Shown here in pieces: positions 11,451 to 22,649 of a stretch of DNA of 64,000 nucleotides. The DNA is from Candidatus Uhrbacteria bacterium GW2011_GWC2_41_11 (lineage in GTDB: Bacteria; Patescibacteriota; Patescibacteriia; UBA9934; GWF2-40-263): assembly GCA_000996355.1 (NCBI GenBank), contig LCAH01000004.1:14501-78500 (forward strand), read 5' to 3'. The notes under the pieces were generated by a model. The model was not told where the DNA came from. It saw only the letters and a list, made by a program, of their open reading frames with translations, and searched no databases. Position numbers and translations under genes: made by a program. Position 1 is the first letter of the stretch. Every line of letters starts with the position of its first letter.

Positions 11451-14400
11451 ATGCGTTTGTGGCATCCAGGCACACGGAAGATCATAAGTGGTTTTTTCCT
11501 TACCGGAGGATTTCTTTTTTCATTCACACTCTTTTTTTGGTTGTTAAAACGTCCAGTATTAGCTGATGATAGTGGAAGTGAAGGGGGTGCACCTGCAGCT
11601 GTTACAGTATCAGAAACATCTTCTGCCGCAGCAGAAGGAGTTTCTAATCCAGCTGTTGATCCAGCTGCTCCTGCAAAAGCTGCGACAAAAGTAATTGAGA
11701 AGACACGTAAACAGATGATTGTTCCCATGCTGAAAGCGGCTTTTATTACTATTATCATCAATGTCACTCAATTTGTTTTGGATCGATTGGCCTATGATGC
11801 AGCCGTGTGGGTCGCAAGTGGTGGTAAAGGAGAAACCCCTCTCTTTCACGCAGACGGGGCACAAAATGCATGGGAAAAATTCGGTTTAGACGTTGCCGGG
11901 GAGGCGTTTGGTTCTTTTTCCCAGTCTTTGAACGGATATTTGGATGGAAATTTCAATTTGTGTGCGCCAACCACTCCACAGATTCGTCTTGGTCTCCAGC
12001 TTGGTGTGAAGGGAGTGTATCAACCACCGAAACCGAAATGTGATTGGGAATCCATTCAAAATAATTGGTCTGGATTTGTACAAGGAGTCGTTGATAAATC
12101 CGAAAATTTTGATCCAAATGCTTATGTGTTGAATACGGTTGCAAAAGGTTTACAGCCTGGTCAGAATGCGCTCTCTTACTCTATTGCGACAAATATAAAG
12201 ATTCACGGCAAGGTTCTCGAAAAGAAGCAGAATTTATTTGCGGAATATCTCAAAAGTGGAGGATTTAAAAATGTGACTGATGTTGTGACCGGAGCTGTAA
12301 AAACGCCATCGTCTTTGGTACAAAATCAGCTTCAGACTCAATTAACAGAAACTCAACAAAAAGGACGGGAATTTTCTTTTACCGCAGCGATCAGTAATGC
12401 AGAGTTATGGCAGACAGTTGGACTCCATACTTTATCTGTTTTTTTTAATACGCTTCTTTCTCAAGGACTCCAGAAACTTTATAATGGACTTCTTCCATCA
12501 CAAGACATTGAATTTGATCCATTTAATGAACAGAGTGCAAACATCCGCGGTCGTGAAGCAGCTGCAGAAGAATTTGCAGGTCTTATTTCAACCATTCCTT
12601 CTGTTATTGATCAATACAATGTTTTAACTGAATTTGTCGTATGTCCCACGGCTCCGGCGGTACGTCAAATCAATAATTGTGTTTTAGATGCTTCGTTTGC
12701 GGAAGCAATTGTGCGTTCAGACACATCTGAATCCTTGACGGTTGCTCAAGCAATGGAAAATGGTTTGTTGCATGGAAGCTGGCCACTTTATCGTTCAGAT
12801 GATTTGACACATAATCAGGATTTATTCTGCCATACGTATGGATATTGTTATGGAAATTTAGTGAAATTGCGCAAGGCACGTATTCTTCCTGTTGGATGGG
12901 AATTGGCTGCTGAATCTCCCCAAAATAAAAGTTCGAATCCTGTAACGCTTGAACAAGTTGTTGCCGGATTTGAAGAATGTGACAGTGATGGAAAATTGAG
13001 TGCAGATCACCCATGGTGTCATTTGATTGATCCAAATTGGGTTTTGAAATATCCGAAAACACAATGCTTGGCTTCGGTTGTTGGGGAACAGCTTGTGAGT
13101 ACGCTTTCGATAGGTCGTTCCGGAACTTGTGTGGATACGCCAAGTTGTGTGAGTGAAAATGAGGATGGCATTTGTTCCGGGTATGGATATTGTGTGCGTG
13201 AAAAAAATACTTGGCGTTTTGATGGAGATGAATGTCCGGAACAGTTCGCATCCTGTCTTGCTTTTACTAATGCGGAAACAAGTGAAACAGGAGCCTGGCT
13301 TTTGAGTACTCTGGATTTTGGGGTTTGTTCTCAAGGAAATGCAGGATGCTTGTGGTATCGAACACAAAAACATTTGAATGATGGGGGAACACCGGATGAT
13401 AAAAGCGACGATACGTACGAATGGTTACCCGAAGACGACATTTTTGTGACTTCTGATCGAGAAAATGATGTTTTGACTTTCGATGTTGCAGGAAATCGGA
13501 CAAATCGCACGACCTATTCCTATGATACGGATGAAAATGGAATAGATGATCTTTCCTATGAAACGTATACATTTGAGGATCGAATGTATTTGAACAATCA
13601 AATTCAGGAATGTTCGGAATCCGAGGCGGGTTGTACAGAACTTTATCCAATTAGAGAAGGACTTTCCTTGAATATTTTACGAAATCCAAGTTTTGAGGAT
13701 GATGAAGATAAGAATCATTTGGCTGATTCTTGGGAAATTTTCGGGACCAAAGATGTTCATTATTCGTATGATGAAGAAGGATCAAATGCTTTTCATGGAA
13801 CAGATGCGTATAAGTTTGATGGAGGAACAGCAAGCCAATTGGCCATCCCTCTTCAACAGAATCAGTTTTATACGCTTTCCTTTTATGCAAAAGGAGTGAC
13901 GAGTGCGGCTTCGGCAACCGCTGCATTAAAATTTGTTGCTTCAGATAACACAGCGATTGATTTTACCGGATATACAACCAATTGTACTGTTGCTGGAGAT
14001 ACTGTGAGTTTACAAGCAAGTGAAATTGATACAGAGGATTTTGAGAGTTTTGACTGCGCATTTACCACCCCTATTTTGAACGATTCACGTTTAGGTATTG
14101 TGGCAACGCTGACGTTTAAAAATATGGCGGATGTTTATGTGGACGCCATACAGTTAGAAATAGGAGAAAATGCTTCAAATTTTCATGACAGATATAGTGA
14201 AAATAATCCGGATGTTGTTTACAATCGCGTGGCCCCGAGTTGGCTTGGATGTACGGGAAATGCAACAGATCCAAAAGAATGTGAAGATTATGCGACGTTC
14301 TGTTCTGCAACAGAGATTGGATGTTCTTTGTATACTCCAAAAGATGGAGATCCGAATGTTCCGGCTGTTTTGACGCAAACCGATCAATGTCCGGATGAAT

Positions 14401-17400
14401 GTGTCGGATATGCTGCCTTTAAACAGGAAGCAACTTCCTATGATGCAGAAGAATTTCCTGTGTATTTAATTTCAGATACAGCTGTTGCGTGCAGTGAACA
14501 GGAAGTTGGGTGTGATGAGTTTACCAATTTAGAAACAGAAGAAACACAAGCCTATTCAACTTTGCGTGCATGTGTGACTCCGGACATGATTTCTTCTGAG
14601 AACAATGCTGTTTTTTTCACTTGGCAGGGGTCGGATCTTACCGGATATCAACTCGTTTCGTATCAACTCCTTCGTTCTGATTTAACGGGAGGTGATATTA
14701 GTTATACGCAAGATACAGATGAAGATGGCACGTTTGATACAAAAGATTCTGGGTATACAGAAACGATTTTCAATGACACAACTCCAGAAGTTGCCCCTTG
14801 TACAAATTGGGATGTGACTTCTGAATCCAAACTTTCCTGTGTGGATGATGTGATTGTGTTGGCAGCTGATGATGGATGTAATGAACATGCAGATATTTTT
14901 ACAGAACCGGATTGCCGCGAATTTTATGATGAACTTGGAAATATTCATTATCGTCGGTATTCAGAAACTATTTCTGTCCGGGAAGAATGTACAGCTTTCC
15001 GTAAAACAGATGCGAATCAGACCGATTGTGATGCGTCTGGTGGATATTGGACAGCAGGCGGGGAATGCCGGTACTTTGCTTGGCCTGCAGAAAGTACGTC
15101 TTGTTCTGAAACAGCCGTCGGGTGTCGTTCGTATACAGGAGGAGCTGGTCGAAATTCTACAACGGTGTATGAAGATTTATTCGAGAATGGACAATTGGTT
15201 GCATATGAAACAGCGAGTGGAACAACAATTTCGCTTAGTAACGAATCTGTTGCCACTGATGGACACTCAATGCGGGTTGTTATGGGCTCTTCGAGTTCGC
15301 TTTCAACCTTCCAGATTTATTTGAACACATCAGATAAAACGATGACATACAATAAAGATGATTCAGGTACTTGTGGAGATACGAATGGGGACGGAGTCTC
15401 TGACAAATCTGATCGAAACATATCGAACAACGGATGTGCAATAGATGCAGATGGTGATGGAACTTTTGATTGTACCATTGCTGATGGTGATAATTCTTGT
15501 GGAGCATTGGATGATCAACTTGTCCAGGGAAAGAGTTATATTCTTTCTTTCTGGGCAAAAGGAACTGGCAGTATCAAAACAGATTTTGTGACACAAAGTG
15601 GAACAGGAACGGTGTATGATCTTGTTGATCCAAATGATGGAGAAGGAGATTCAGATTCACTTAGTCTTGATGGAAGTTGGCAATTGTATGAACTCGGTCC
15701 GCTTGATACCACAGACATGACGGATTTTGATGATACGGCCATTCTTCGCTGGAGTGCGGGAGTTGGGACAACTTTTTATCTCGATAATATTGTCCTGAAA
15801 GCTGTTGAAGAAAATGTCACCCTGATTAAAGATTCCTGGGTCACACCTTCCATATGCGACAAAACTCCTGCCGGAGCAGATACTCCTCAGTATTATTTAG
15901 GTTGCGAGGCCTATACGGACCAGAATGGAGATACTGTTTCTGTGTATCAATTCAACAATCTTTGTTCAGAGTCTGCGGTCGGATGCGCATCTTTTTATCA
16001 AACACAAAATTCCACTTCGCCGTATACACAAGTTTTTAATGGAACCTGTTATATATCTGTTGATAAAGATGGAGATGGAATCTTTTCGTTCCAGGCTTTA
16101 AATTTGGAAGAAGATATTGTGTCTCAAGCCACTGACTGCGAATTGGAAGGAGAAACGGTTTGTACAATCCTTTCTGGAAGCAATCAGTGTCAGTTTACTC
16201 TTGACCGCGAATTACCAATTCCTTATCCAATGAATATTGTCCTTGGTCCTGAAACAGTTGTTGTTCCAGCAGATAAAGTTGTTTACCTGATTGAAGATGA
16301 CGAAACAACATGCACAGAATCCAATGCGGGTTGTACGGAGGTTGGTATTCCAACGTTTAGTCAAGATCATACAGCTGTGGAGAGTCTCGTCTCTACCTAT
16401 ATTTTGAATCTTCCTGATACGTATGCAGATATTCTGTGTTCAAATGAGGCACTTTTTTGTGCAGAATGGGCATCCACAGAAAATGGAAATTATTATTTCA
16501 AAAATCCAGGTGATCAAGCTTGTGAATATAAGACAGGTGTTTCTTTGAACGGAGTGAGTTATAGCGGATGGTTCCGAACCGGAACAACCCAGTTTTGTTA
16601 TGGAACAGGCTCATGTTCAGGTAACTCATCTCTTTCCTGTACGAATGATGCAGATTGTATAAAGACAGATGCAGGAACGTGTAATGTAACCACTGGTTCC
16701 TACATTCAAGGCGGAGACTATTCAGGTATTTGGTTTAATGGAGATACGAGATATGAAGGATGGACAGGCGAATGTGAAAGTCAATATGATTTGTGTACGG
16801 AGTTTGTCGATCCTGTTGATACAAGTGAAGGAGAACGTGATAGCGGAACCTCGTATTTTTTCTTGGATAATTCCAGTTTGAATGAAGAAACACTTGCTGC
16901 TTCAGAACGTTGCAAAGGTCAGGTAAGTCTCACTTCCGGTTGTGCCTTGTTTGATGATCTTGTAGATCAGGAACTCACGTACTCTGCCTCCCCAAGCTAT
17001 CTTGTTTCTGAACATGCAGATCTTTTCTTTGGAGAAAGTCCGCGTTCGCTTCAAAATCCGATTTCTTGCCCAGAGAACGGAACATTTACTCTCACAACTG
17101 GAATAAAAGTCGATGTCTGTGCCAATCGGTGTGCCTATGAAGTGAATACAGACGAAGAGCTTGAAAATGTGGCTGCCATCGAAGGTCCAAGTGATCAGAT
17201 AACAACAATTTTTTTCGGTCAGGCATGTTTGACAAATCTTGATTGTCCCATGGCTGAGGATTCGCTTGGAAACGAAGTGGAAGGTTCCTGTTTTAATTTG
17301 AAAACAGATCAGAATGGCGATGGAGTGATTGACACAACGTTTGATGCAGATGCAAATGGAAGTCTTGATGCGAGTTATGATGCGAATGGAGATGGGGTGG

Positions 17401-20400
17401 TTGATTATCTTTTTGTCAATGATACAAATCGCATGTTAAAAGTTTCACGTGATCGTGCATGTGCTGAATGGCTTGCGTGTGAAAGTTCTCAGCGAACGTG
17501 GGATGAAAATACAGCTTCTTGGCGTTCTATTTGTGAGCAGGTAAATCTTTGTAATGAATTTAGTGCGATTGGTGAATCCGGATTCTGTTCCCATTGGGTC
17601 GAGGAAGATCCAATCGTGTTTGACGCGAGTAAATATTCTGCCCGAGACGTTTCTTGGTACGGACTCGACTATTCTGGATATGCAATTCCAAATCAGCTTC
17701 CACTTGAATTTTATACGCAGGCAAACGTGAATCCAGATCGGTACTGTGCGACCGATGCAACAGGTCTTCATCCTCAGATGACTTCTGTTGGAGCATTTGT
17801 GGCATGTGCAACAGATGCAGATTGTACGAATAGTTCTTTTAAAACATGTACTGAGAGTACACCGGATTTTCGATTGGCCTATGTGGCTGGTTCATGCGAC
17901 GAAGAGGATGGACAATCATGTATGGTGGGATTTTGTCAAAATTCCGGTGAATCGTGCAACGGAAACGAAGAATGCAATAATGGAGAAAATTGTATTATTG
18001 GATATTGCGAAACAACGGATGTAGATGCTTCCTGCGGTAAGGATACAGACTGTATTTCTGGTTTTGAATGCAAAAATAGCATTTGTGTGGATACAAAAAC
18101 CGGATCAGGAGATGGACGAGAAACGTGTACAACAATTGCTGATTGTACAGTCAGTGGGACAGAAGGTACGGTGACTGAATGTGTAACAGGGGCATTGGCA
18201 AAAGTGGGGGCGTGTTATAACAGCTCTTGTTTGATTGGAGTTGATGGACAACCATTTGTAAAAGATGATGCAGAATCGCAATCTTGTCGCGGGTATCCGG
18301 AATCAAGTTCTCCGTTTCCAACAAAAGTAGTAAAAGAGTGGATGGATCCTGACAAATTGGTTGATGGTGCCAGCGATGCGGATCTTCTTTCTTTGGAACA
18401 AGTGGATCATAAAGAAGAATTAGATGCAGTTCCATATAATTATGTGAACGGTTTTTCCGGATCTTCAACCTGTGCACCAACGATGTCTGGAGCGGATGGA
18501 GCTGTTGTTTCTGATGATTGTACTTGTTCGTATCTAAAGGCAAATTATGGTAATGGTTTTTTCCAGCGTTACTATCCGACCGGAACCGCATCGGAAGAAA
18601 TGTTATCCGGTATTTGTTCAGGCGGAGATAAACCAGGTGCATCCTGCGTTTCAAATGAAGACTGTGGTGCCGCGGAAAGCGGAGCTATGTGTTATCACAT
18701 AACCCGTCAGGATCGCATGATCGGCTGGCCAGGATTCTGTGTAGAACGAGACAGTTCCATTCAATTGTATGGAAGTACGAGCGAAGCGGATCGTGCGTGT
18801 CTTACCTGGTTACCTGTGGATCAGCTTGAGGGATCAACAGATATTTATGCGAAATATACAGGAGCCGGTTATCCGTTGCAGGAAACGTTTTATTGTACAG
18901 AGATTGGATATTATGTTGATCTGTATCCGACCGGTGCGCGGTTTGATGATGAAGGAAGTGTGACTTCGATTGATTACGCGTGCGCGCAAACAAACAATGC
19001 TACAGGCTGTGATTTTGGTGAATATGGAGATGATTCCGATGAAAATATTGGATGTCAAGAAAATGTCTTTTGTCCAAAAGGATACGTGGCTATGCTTGGA
19101 TATTGCGATAATGGAGGCGGAACAACAGAAAATACAAATGCGGGAACCATGTGTAAAAGCGATGGCGAGGATGAAAAACAAATAGACGGAGCACAAGATT
19201 CTCAGGATGATTGTCCATTTTTCTGCATTCCGACAGGAAGCAGACATATGGAAGGAAGTGATCTTGGAAAGAGTTGTGATACGGATTTGAAAACAACCAA
19301 CTATCATACAAGATCCTATAACAACACAAAAATGTACGAAGCAGGTGATTTGGGATATGTGCCAAATTTTGATGGAGAAAGCGATTTCAAGAAATTTGAG
19401 GATTGTGTTGTTCGCGGTATACCGTTAGGAGATGATTCTGTCTATGAAACAGACTACGTGGATGGATTGTTTGATGGTTTTAGCTCAGGTGGATACGGAT
19501 ACAAACACACAGATGCAGAAGGAAGCGGAGAGGGGGATGAAGAAATTTATGCTTTTGGCATTGCTCACCGTGCGGTTGGTGCTACGATCGGAGGGTGTAC
19601 GAGTTATTCCATTTCGCATGGAGGTGGAAGAGGGTCTCCTCCTCCTACATTTTATAAGGGAGGAGAATCATGTAACACCGATACAGACTGTCCGGGATAT
19701 AATAATGGTTCAATGTGTGAAACAAGTCCTGAGACGGATAGCGGTTCCATGCAGGAATATCTTGGGTGTTACCAAGTGACGCAAGTTTCTACAACTTCTC
19801 AGACAGATGGAAACAAAGCCTGGACGAATCGTACTTGGGATGGAAATCCTAATATGTTTGAAACATTCACTTCAGGTGATTTTTCGGATGGATCAAAAGG
19901 GTATGGATATGGATCATTGGATGAACCTGTGGAAGCCGGTCGTGCGCTGTTTGGAGAATATTATCAACAGGATGGAGATTATTGGCGTTTAGAAAATTTT
20001 GGGGATGATTCTTGGCCTCTTCCCGTTGGTGTTTGTGATTCATCATCACTTACTTCTGGAGCTGTTGGTCTTGCCGCCTCTTCCCCTGATGATATGGCTG
20101 TCTGTGCGAATAAATATTTCTATCCAAACAAAGCGCAATATATTTATGATGGAACATTGACCAAATCCATTTTACCGGATGATCAGGCACCGTATGCACT
20201 TGCGGCCCCATATGAAGATTTGGATCGTAACCCGGATGAGGAAGACGCGATTCTCGGTTCTATTTCCGCGGACAATTTTGATGATTTTGGTGTGAGTTCG
20301 AATGACAATCCTGTGAGTATCACGCAATTGCTTACCCAACTGTACGCCAAGATATACGGTTTATGGCGATATGATTGGGATGCGAGTGGTGGTGGATATA

Positions 20401-21266
20401 AAAAAGAGGAACTGGATGCGAAAATTTCGAGTTTTGCATCCTATAGTGATGGAGAATATGATATTTCAAATGTGGGAGATACACATGGATCAGGTGCAAA
20501 CCTGGGTGAACCCACTGTTCCACAAATTGCCTCGGTTCAAGAATGTTTTGGAAGTGAATGTGTGGAAGGGGATACCGGATCATTTTCTGTGAATGAAATA
20601 GATAATGGAACTGTAGAAGGAAGCGGAGGAAACAAGCATACTTCACTTAAGTTTTTTGCCTGGGCAAATTCGAACCAGATGCCGATTCGTAATGTGATTG
20701 TGGACTGGGGTGATGGCAAGCGTGAAGGATCTTACGAGGGCTTTGCCTGGCCGCTTGATAGCCAATCCGGAAGTATTGCCAAAGATAACTTTTTCAAAAA
20801 TCATCGCGGGCTTGAAAAAGAAAATGAATCCAAGTGTGAAGCAGTAGATGAATGGGGACTGATAAGCGCCACATGCGAAACCACTTACTTCAGTTTTGAG
20901 CATGATTATCAATGTTCAGAAAATAAAGTGAAGGAAATGCAAAATGGAAATATTCTTTGTGAATATGCTTCGGATGGCAGTGGACGACTTGTGAATTCAC
21001 CATGTACAGGTGGAGATGTAGCTAATGCTGCAGACAAGTGTGTATTTCAGCCACGTATATTTGTAAAAGATAATTGGGGCTGGTGTACCGGATTCTGCAA
21101 TTCGAATCCGGATGATGCAACGGATGGATGCTATGGAAGTGAGTGCAACTTTACGTATTGTCCGAGTTATAAGAAATCTGAAAAATGTTCGGATATCGAT
21201 GGAAATATAACAAATCCTTGGGTAAATTTTGGTGGGTTGATTCTTTTGGATTGGAAAGGTGATTAA
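11451..21266 (+). CDS. giant (3271 aa) secreted/surface Cys-rich protein
   Basis: One uninterrupted 9.8-kb ORF with an N-terminal signal/TM segment. The module C-[ST]-E-x3-G-C-x2-[FY] recurs (ECSESEAGCTELY, FCSATEIGCSLYT, ACSEQEVGCDEF, SCSETAVGCRSY, LCSESAVGCASFY, TCTESNAGCTEVG). It has many DxDxDG calcium-binding loops and a C-terminal Cys-knot-like region. No minus-strand ORF in the interval has an RBS or homology. Confidence 0.8.
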   Translation: MRLWHPGTRKIISGFFLTGGFLFSFTLFFWLLKRPVLADDSGSEGGAPAAVTVSETSSAAAEGVSNPAVDPAAPAKAATKVIEKTRKQMIVPMLKAAFITIIINVTQFVLDRLAYDAAVWVASGGKGETPLFHADGAQNAWEKFGLDVAGEAFGSFSQSLNGYLDGNFNLCAPTTPQIRLGLQLGVKGVYQPPKPKCDWESIQNNWSGFVQGVVDKSENFDPNAYVLNTVAKGLQPGQNALSYSIATNIKIHGKVLEKKQNLFAEYLKSGGFKNVTDVVTGAVKTPSSLVQNQLQTQLTETQQKGREFSFTAAISNAELWQTVGLHTLSVFFNTLLSQGLQKLYNGLLPSQDIEFDPFNEQSANIRGREAAAEEFAGLISTIPSVIDQYNVLTEFVVCPTAPAVRQINNCVLDASFAEAIVRSDTSESLTVAQAMENGLLHGSWPLYRSDDLTHNQDLFCHTYGYCYGNLVKLRKARILPVGWELAAESPQNKSSNPVTLEQVVAGFEECDSDGKLSADHPWCHLIDPNWVLKYPKTQCLASVVGEQLVSTLSIGRSGTCVDTPSCVSENEDGICSGYGYCVREKNTWRFDGDECPEQFASCLAFTNAETSETGAWLLSTLDFGVCSQGNAGCLWYRTQKHLNDGGTPDDKSDDTYEWLPEDDIFVTSDRENDVLTFDVAGNRTNRTTYSYDTDENGIDDLSYETYTFEDRMYLNNQIQECSESEAGCTELYPIREGLSLNILRNPSFEDDEDKNHLADSWEIFGTKDVHYSYDEEGSNAFHGTDAYKFDGGTASQLAIPLQQNQFYTLSFYAKGVTSAASATAALKFVASDNTAIDFTGYTTNCTVAGDTVSLQASEIDTEDFESFDCAFTTPILNDSRLGIVATLTFKNMADVYVDAIQLEIGENASNFHDRYSENNPDVVYNRVAPSWLGCTGNATDPKECEDYATFCSATEIGCSLYTPKDGDPNVPAVLTQTDQCPDECVGYAAFKQEATSYDAEEFPVYLISDTAVACSEQEVGCDEFTNLETEETQAYSTLRACVTPDMISSENNAVFFTWQGSDLTGYQLVSYQLLRSDLTGGDISYTQDTDEDGTFDTKDSGYTETIFNDTTPEVAPCTNWDVTSESKLSCVDDVIVLAADDGCNEHADIFTEPDCREFYDELGNIHYRRYSETISVREECTAFRKTDANQTDCDASGGYWTAGGECRYFAWPAESTSCSETAVGCRSYTGGAGRNSTTVYEDLFENGQLVAYETASGTTISLSNESVATDGHSMRVVMGSSSSLSTFQIYLNTSDKTMTYNKDDSGTCGDTNGDGVSDKSDRNISNNGCAIDADGDGTFDCTIADGDNSCGALDDQLVQGKSYILSFWAKGTGSIKTDFVTQSGTGTVYDLVDPNDGEGDSDSLSLDGSWQLYELGPLDTTDMTDFDDTAILRWSAGVGTTFYLDNIVLKAVEENVTLIKDSWVTPSICDKTPAGADTPQYYLGCEAYTDQNGDTVSVYQFNNLCSESAVGCASFYQTQNSTSPYTQVFNGTCYISVDKDGDGIFSFQALNLEEDIVSQATDCELEGETVCTILSGSNQCQFTLDRELPIPYPMNIVLGPETVVVPADKVVYLIEDDETTCTESNAGCTEVGIPTFSQDHTAVESLVSTYILNLPDTYADILCSNEALFCAEWASTENGNYYFKNPGDQACEYKTGVSLNGVSYSGWFRTGTTQFCYGTGSCSGNSSLSCTNDADCIKTDAGTCNVTTGSYIQGGDYSGIWFNGDTRYEGWTGECESQYDLCTEFVDPVDTSEGERDSGTSYFFLDNSSLNEETLAASERCKGQVSLTSGCALFDDLVDQELTYSASPSYLVSEHADLFFGESPRSLQNPISCPENGTFTLTTGIKVDVCANRCAYEVNTDEELENVAAIEGPSDQITTIFFGQACLTNLDCPMAEDSLGNEVEGSCFNLKTDQNGDGVIDTTFDADANGSLDASYDANGDGVVDYLFVNDTNRMLKVSRDRACAEWLACESSQRTWDENTASWRSICEQVNLCNEFSAIGESGFCSHWVEEDPIVFDASKYSARDVSWYGLDYSGYAIPNQLPLEFYTQANVNPDRYCATDATGLHPQMTSVGAFVACATDADCTNSSFKTCTESTPDFRLAYVAGSCDEEDGQSCMVGFCQNSGESCNGNEECNNGENCIIGYCETTDVDASCGKDTDCISGFECKNSICVDTKTGSGDGRETCTTIADCTVSGTEGTVTECVTGALAKVGACYNSSCLIGVDGQPFVKDDAESQSCRGYPESSSPFPTKVVKEWMDPDKLVDGASDADLLSLEQVDHKEELDAVPYNYVNGFSGSSTCAPTMSGADGAVVSDDCTCSYLKANYGNGFFQRYYPTGTASEEMLSGICSGGDKPGASCVSNEDCGAAESGAMCYHITRQDRMIGWPGFCVERDSSIQLYGSTSEADRACLTWLPVDQLEGSTDIYAKYTGAGYPLQETFYCTEIGYYVDLYPTGARFDDEGSVTSIDYACAQTNNATGCDFGEYGDDSDENIGCQENVFCPKGYVAMLGYCDNGGGTTENTNAGTMCKSDGEDEKQIDGAQDSQDDCPFFCIPTGSRHMEGSDLGKSCDTDLKTTNYHTRSYNNTKMYEAGDLGYVPNFDGESDFKKFEDCVVRGIPLGDDSVYETDYVDGLFDGFSSGGYGYKHTDAEGSGEGDEEIYAFGIAHRAVGATIGGCTSYSISHGGGRGSPPPTFYKGGESCNTDTDCPGYNNGSMCETSPETDSGSMQEYLGCYQVTQVSTTSQTDGNKAWTNRTWDGNPNMFETFTSGDFSDGSKGYGYGSLDEPVEAGRALFGEYYQQDGDYWRLENFGDDSWPLPVGVCDSSSLTSGAVGLAASSPDDMAVCANKYFYPNKAQYIYDGTLTKSILPDDQAPYALAAPYEDLDRNPDEEDAILGSISADNFDDFGVSSNDNPVSITQLLTQLYAKIYGLWRYDWDASGGGYKKEELDAKISSFASYSDGEYDISNVGDTHGSGANLGEPTVPQIASVQECFGSECVEGDTGSFSVNEIDNGTVEGSGGNKHTSLKFFAWANSNQMPIRNVIVDWGDGKREGSYEGFAWPLDSQSGSIAKDNFFKNHRGLEKENESKCEAVDEWGLISATCETTYFSFEHDYQCSENKVKEMQNGNILCEYASDGSGRLVNSPCTGGDVANAADKCVFQPRIFVKDNWGWCTGFCNSNPDDATDGCYGSECNFTYCPSYKKSEKCSDIDGNITNPWVNFGGLILLDWKGD

Positions 21267-21483
21267 ATTATCTGGGGCTCTGCCCCAACATCCTGACCTA
21301 TTTTCTTGTGCTTGCCCAAAGAAAATGGGTGAAAAGAAAGGATATTCCGAAGCTTTAGCAAAGGTGGATCGGATAGACCTCGCTCGGGCTTCGGGGAAGG
21401 ATTGGATTGGTGTTTGAATTGTGAATGGTAATATAGAAAATTTTGATAAAAAAATTCAGGCAGTGATGTCTGAATTTTTTGAA

Positions 21484-21511
21484 CAAAAAAAGCGACGGGA
21501 GTTTCCGTCGC
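21484..21511 (-). terminator. Rho-independent terminator for the minus-strand lipoprotein gene
   Basis: Stem GCGACGG/CCGTCGC with a 6-nt loop. On the minus strand it is followed by T7 (the A-run at 21484-21491 on +). Confidence 0.55.
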
Positions 21512-21517
21512 ACTGAT

Positions 21518-22183
21518 TTATTCGTCGAGGCTGAGAATCATATCTGAGACCATCGTATCATCGACATCGAATCGATAGTAGTAGATAGTCTTGAGATCAT
21601 CCTCGATTTCTCCTTTGATATAACCACCATCATCAAGAACACCATAGAAGGTGTTTAATGAAATGATGGCATCAACACTGAATCCATCAAGGACAAGTTC
21701 GTCGAAACCATCGTTATCAATGTCGTAGATGATCGTTGTGATTTTCCATTCCCAGTCATCTTCGTCAAGATAGATTTCATCTGGTGCCAGTCCGAACTGG
21801 TCAGACGCCCAGGATGCCTTGTAGATCGCCCCATTCTCGGAAACCTTTGCCTCGAGCTCGACAGCTCGATAGTTTGTCTTTTGTCCGAGCACCTCATATG
21901 TTCCGGACTCAGAGACGGTAACCAAGCACTCGATCCCGGCCTTGCAGGACGAGACGAGTTCATCGTTTACCACGAACCCTTCGACCTGAATCGGAGCCGT
22001 GATGTTGATCTTCGCCGAGAAGGCGGTCGAAGTCGAATCATCATCGTCTCCCGACTGGGTCGGGGTGGGGGTGAGGTTGCCCACCTGATCGTCATCGTCA
22101 TTCGCATTGCCACCATCGAAGAGCCCGCACCCTCCCAAAAAGAGGGCGAGGGTCAGAAGGAACCACTTTCCTGTGGTCTTCAT
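21518..22183 (-). CDS. lipoprotein, GC-rich and probably horizontally acquired
   Basis: Start placed at MKTTGKWFLLTLALFLGGC, a lipobox of type LGGC. The acidic Asp-rich body uses GC-rich codons (GAC/CTC/GTC), unlike the neighbouring genes. Confidence 0.6.
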   Translation of the reverse strand: MKTTGKWFLLTLALFLGGCGLFDGGNANDDDDQVGNLTPTPTQSGDDDDSTSTAFSAKINITAPIQVEGFVVNDELVSSCKAGIECLVTVSESGTYEVLGQKTNYRAVELEAKVSENGAIYKASWASDQFGLAPDEIYLDEDDWEWKITTIIYDIDNDGFDELVLDGFSVDAIISLNTFYGVLDDGGYIKGEIEDDLKTIYYYRFDVDDTMVSDMILSLDE

Positions 22184-22649
22184 AGGTAAACCCTCCAAAT
22201 GCCCGCTGGTGCGGGTGCTATCTCCGGGTGACTCGAACGAGTCTTTTCGCAAAAGAGCGCGACGGTCTCCCTCTCCGTTGACCGCGTTTCAGTTTAGAGA
22301 AACGCTTTGAAACACGAATATGTTTCAACACCTTCCCCCAAAGTCAATTCTAGTAAGCCACAAAAGGATTGTTTTTGTCAAGCAAAATGGACGGAATTTA
22401 TAAAATTTGTTTATTTATCCACATTTTTGACTTTCTTTTTTCTGACATTTTGTCACAATACTTTCTGCGGATGACAAACTGTTCTTTGGGTTGTTCTTTC
22501 TTCTTCACAGACGAATCTTCTAGAAAAACTTGATCCTGTTTTGAAAAATGGGGGATTAAGTTCTCGTTACAGGAGACGTGTGTGCATTGTGTTGGAAATC
22601 GGTGCAGTCCGATATTGCACAATGTTTTCCATAGAAGGAGGAATAAACC

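Noticed and set aside
11610-20912. Dozens of 60-190-aa ORFs on the minus strand (and in alternative + frames) inside the giant gene, for example 12670-13251, 12858-13373, 18151-18654 and 18834-19307.
   Set aside because: They overlap an uninterrupted 9.8-kb + frame with coherent protein features. They lack RBSs and have low-complexity translations. They are expected by chance in a long AT-skewed coding region.
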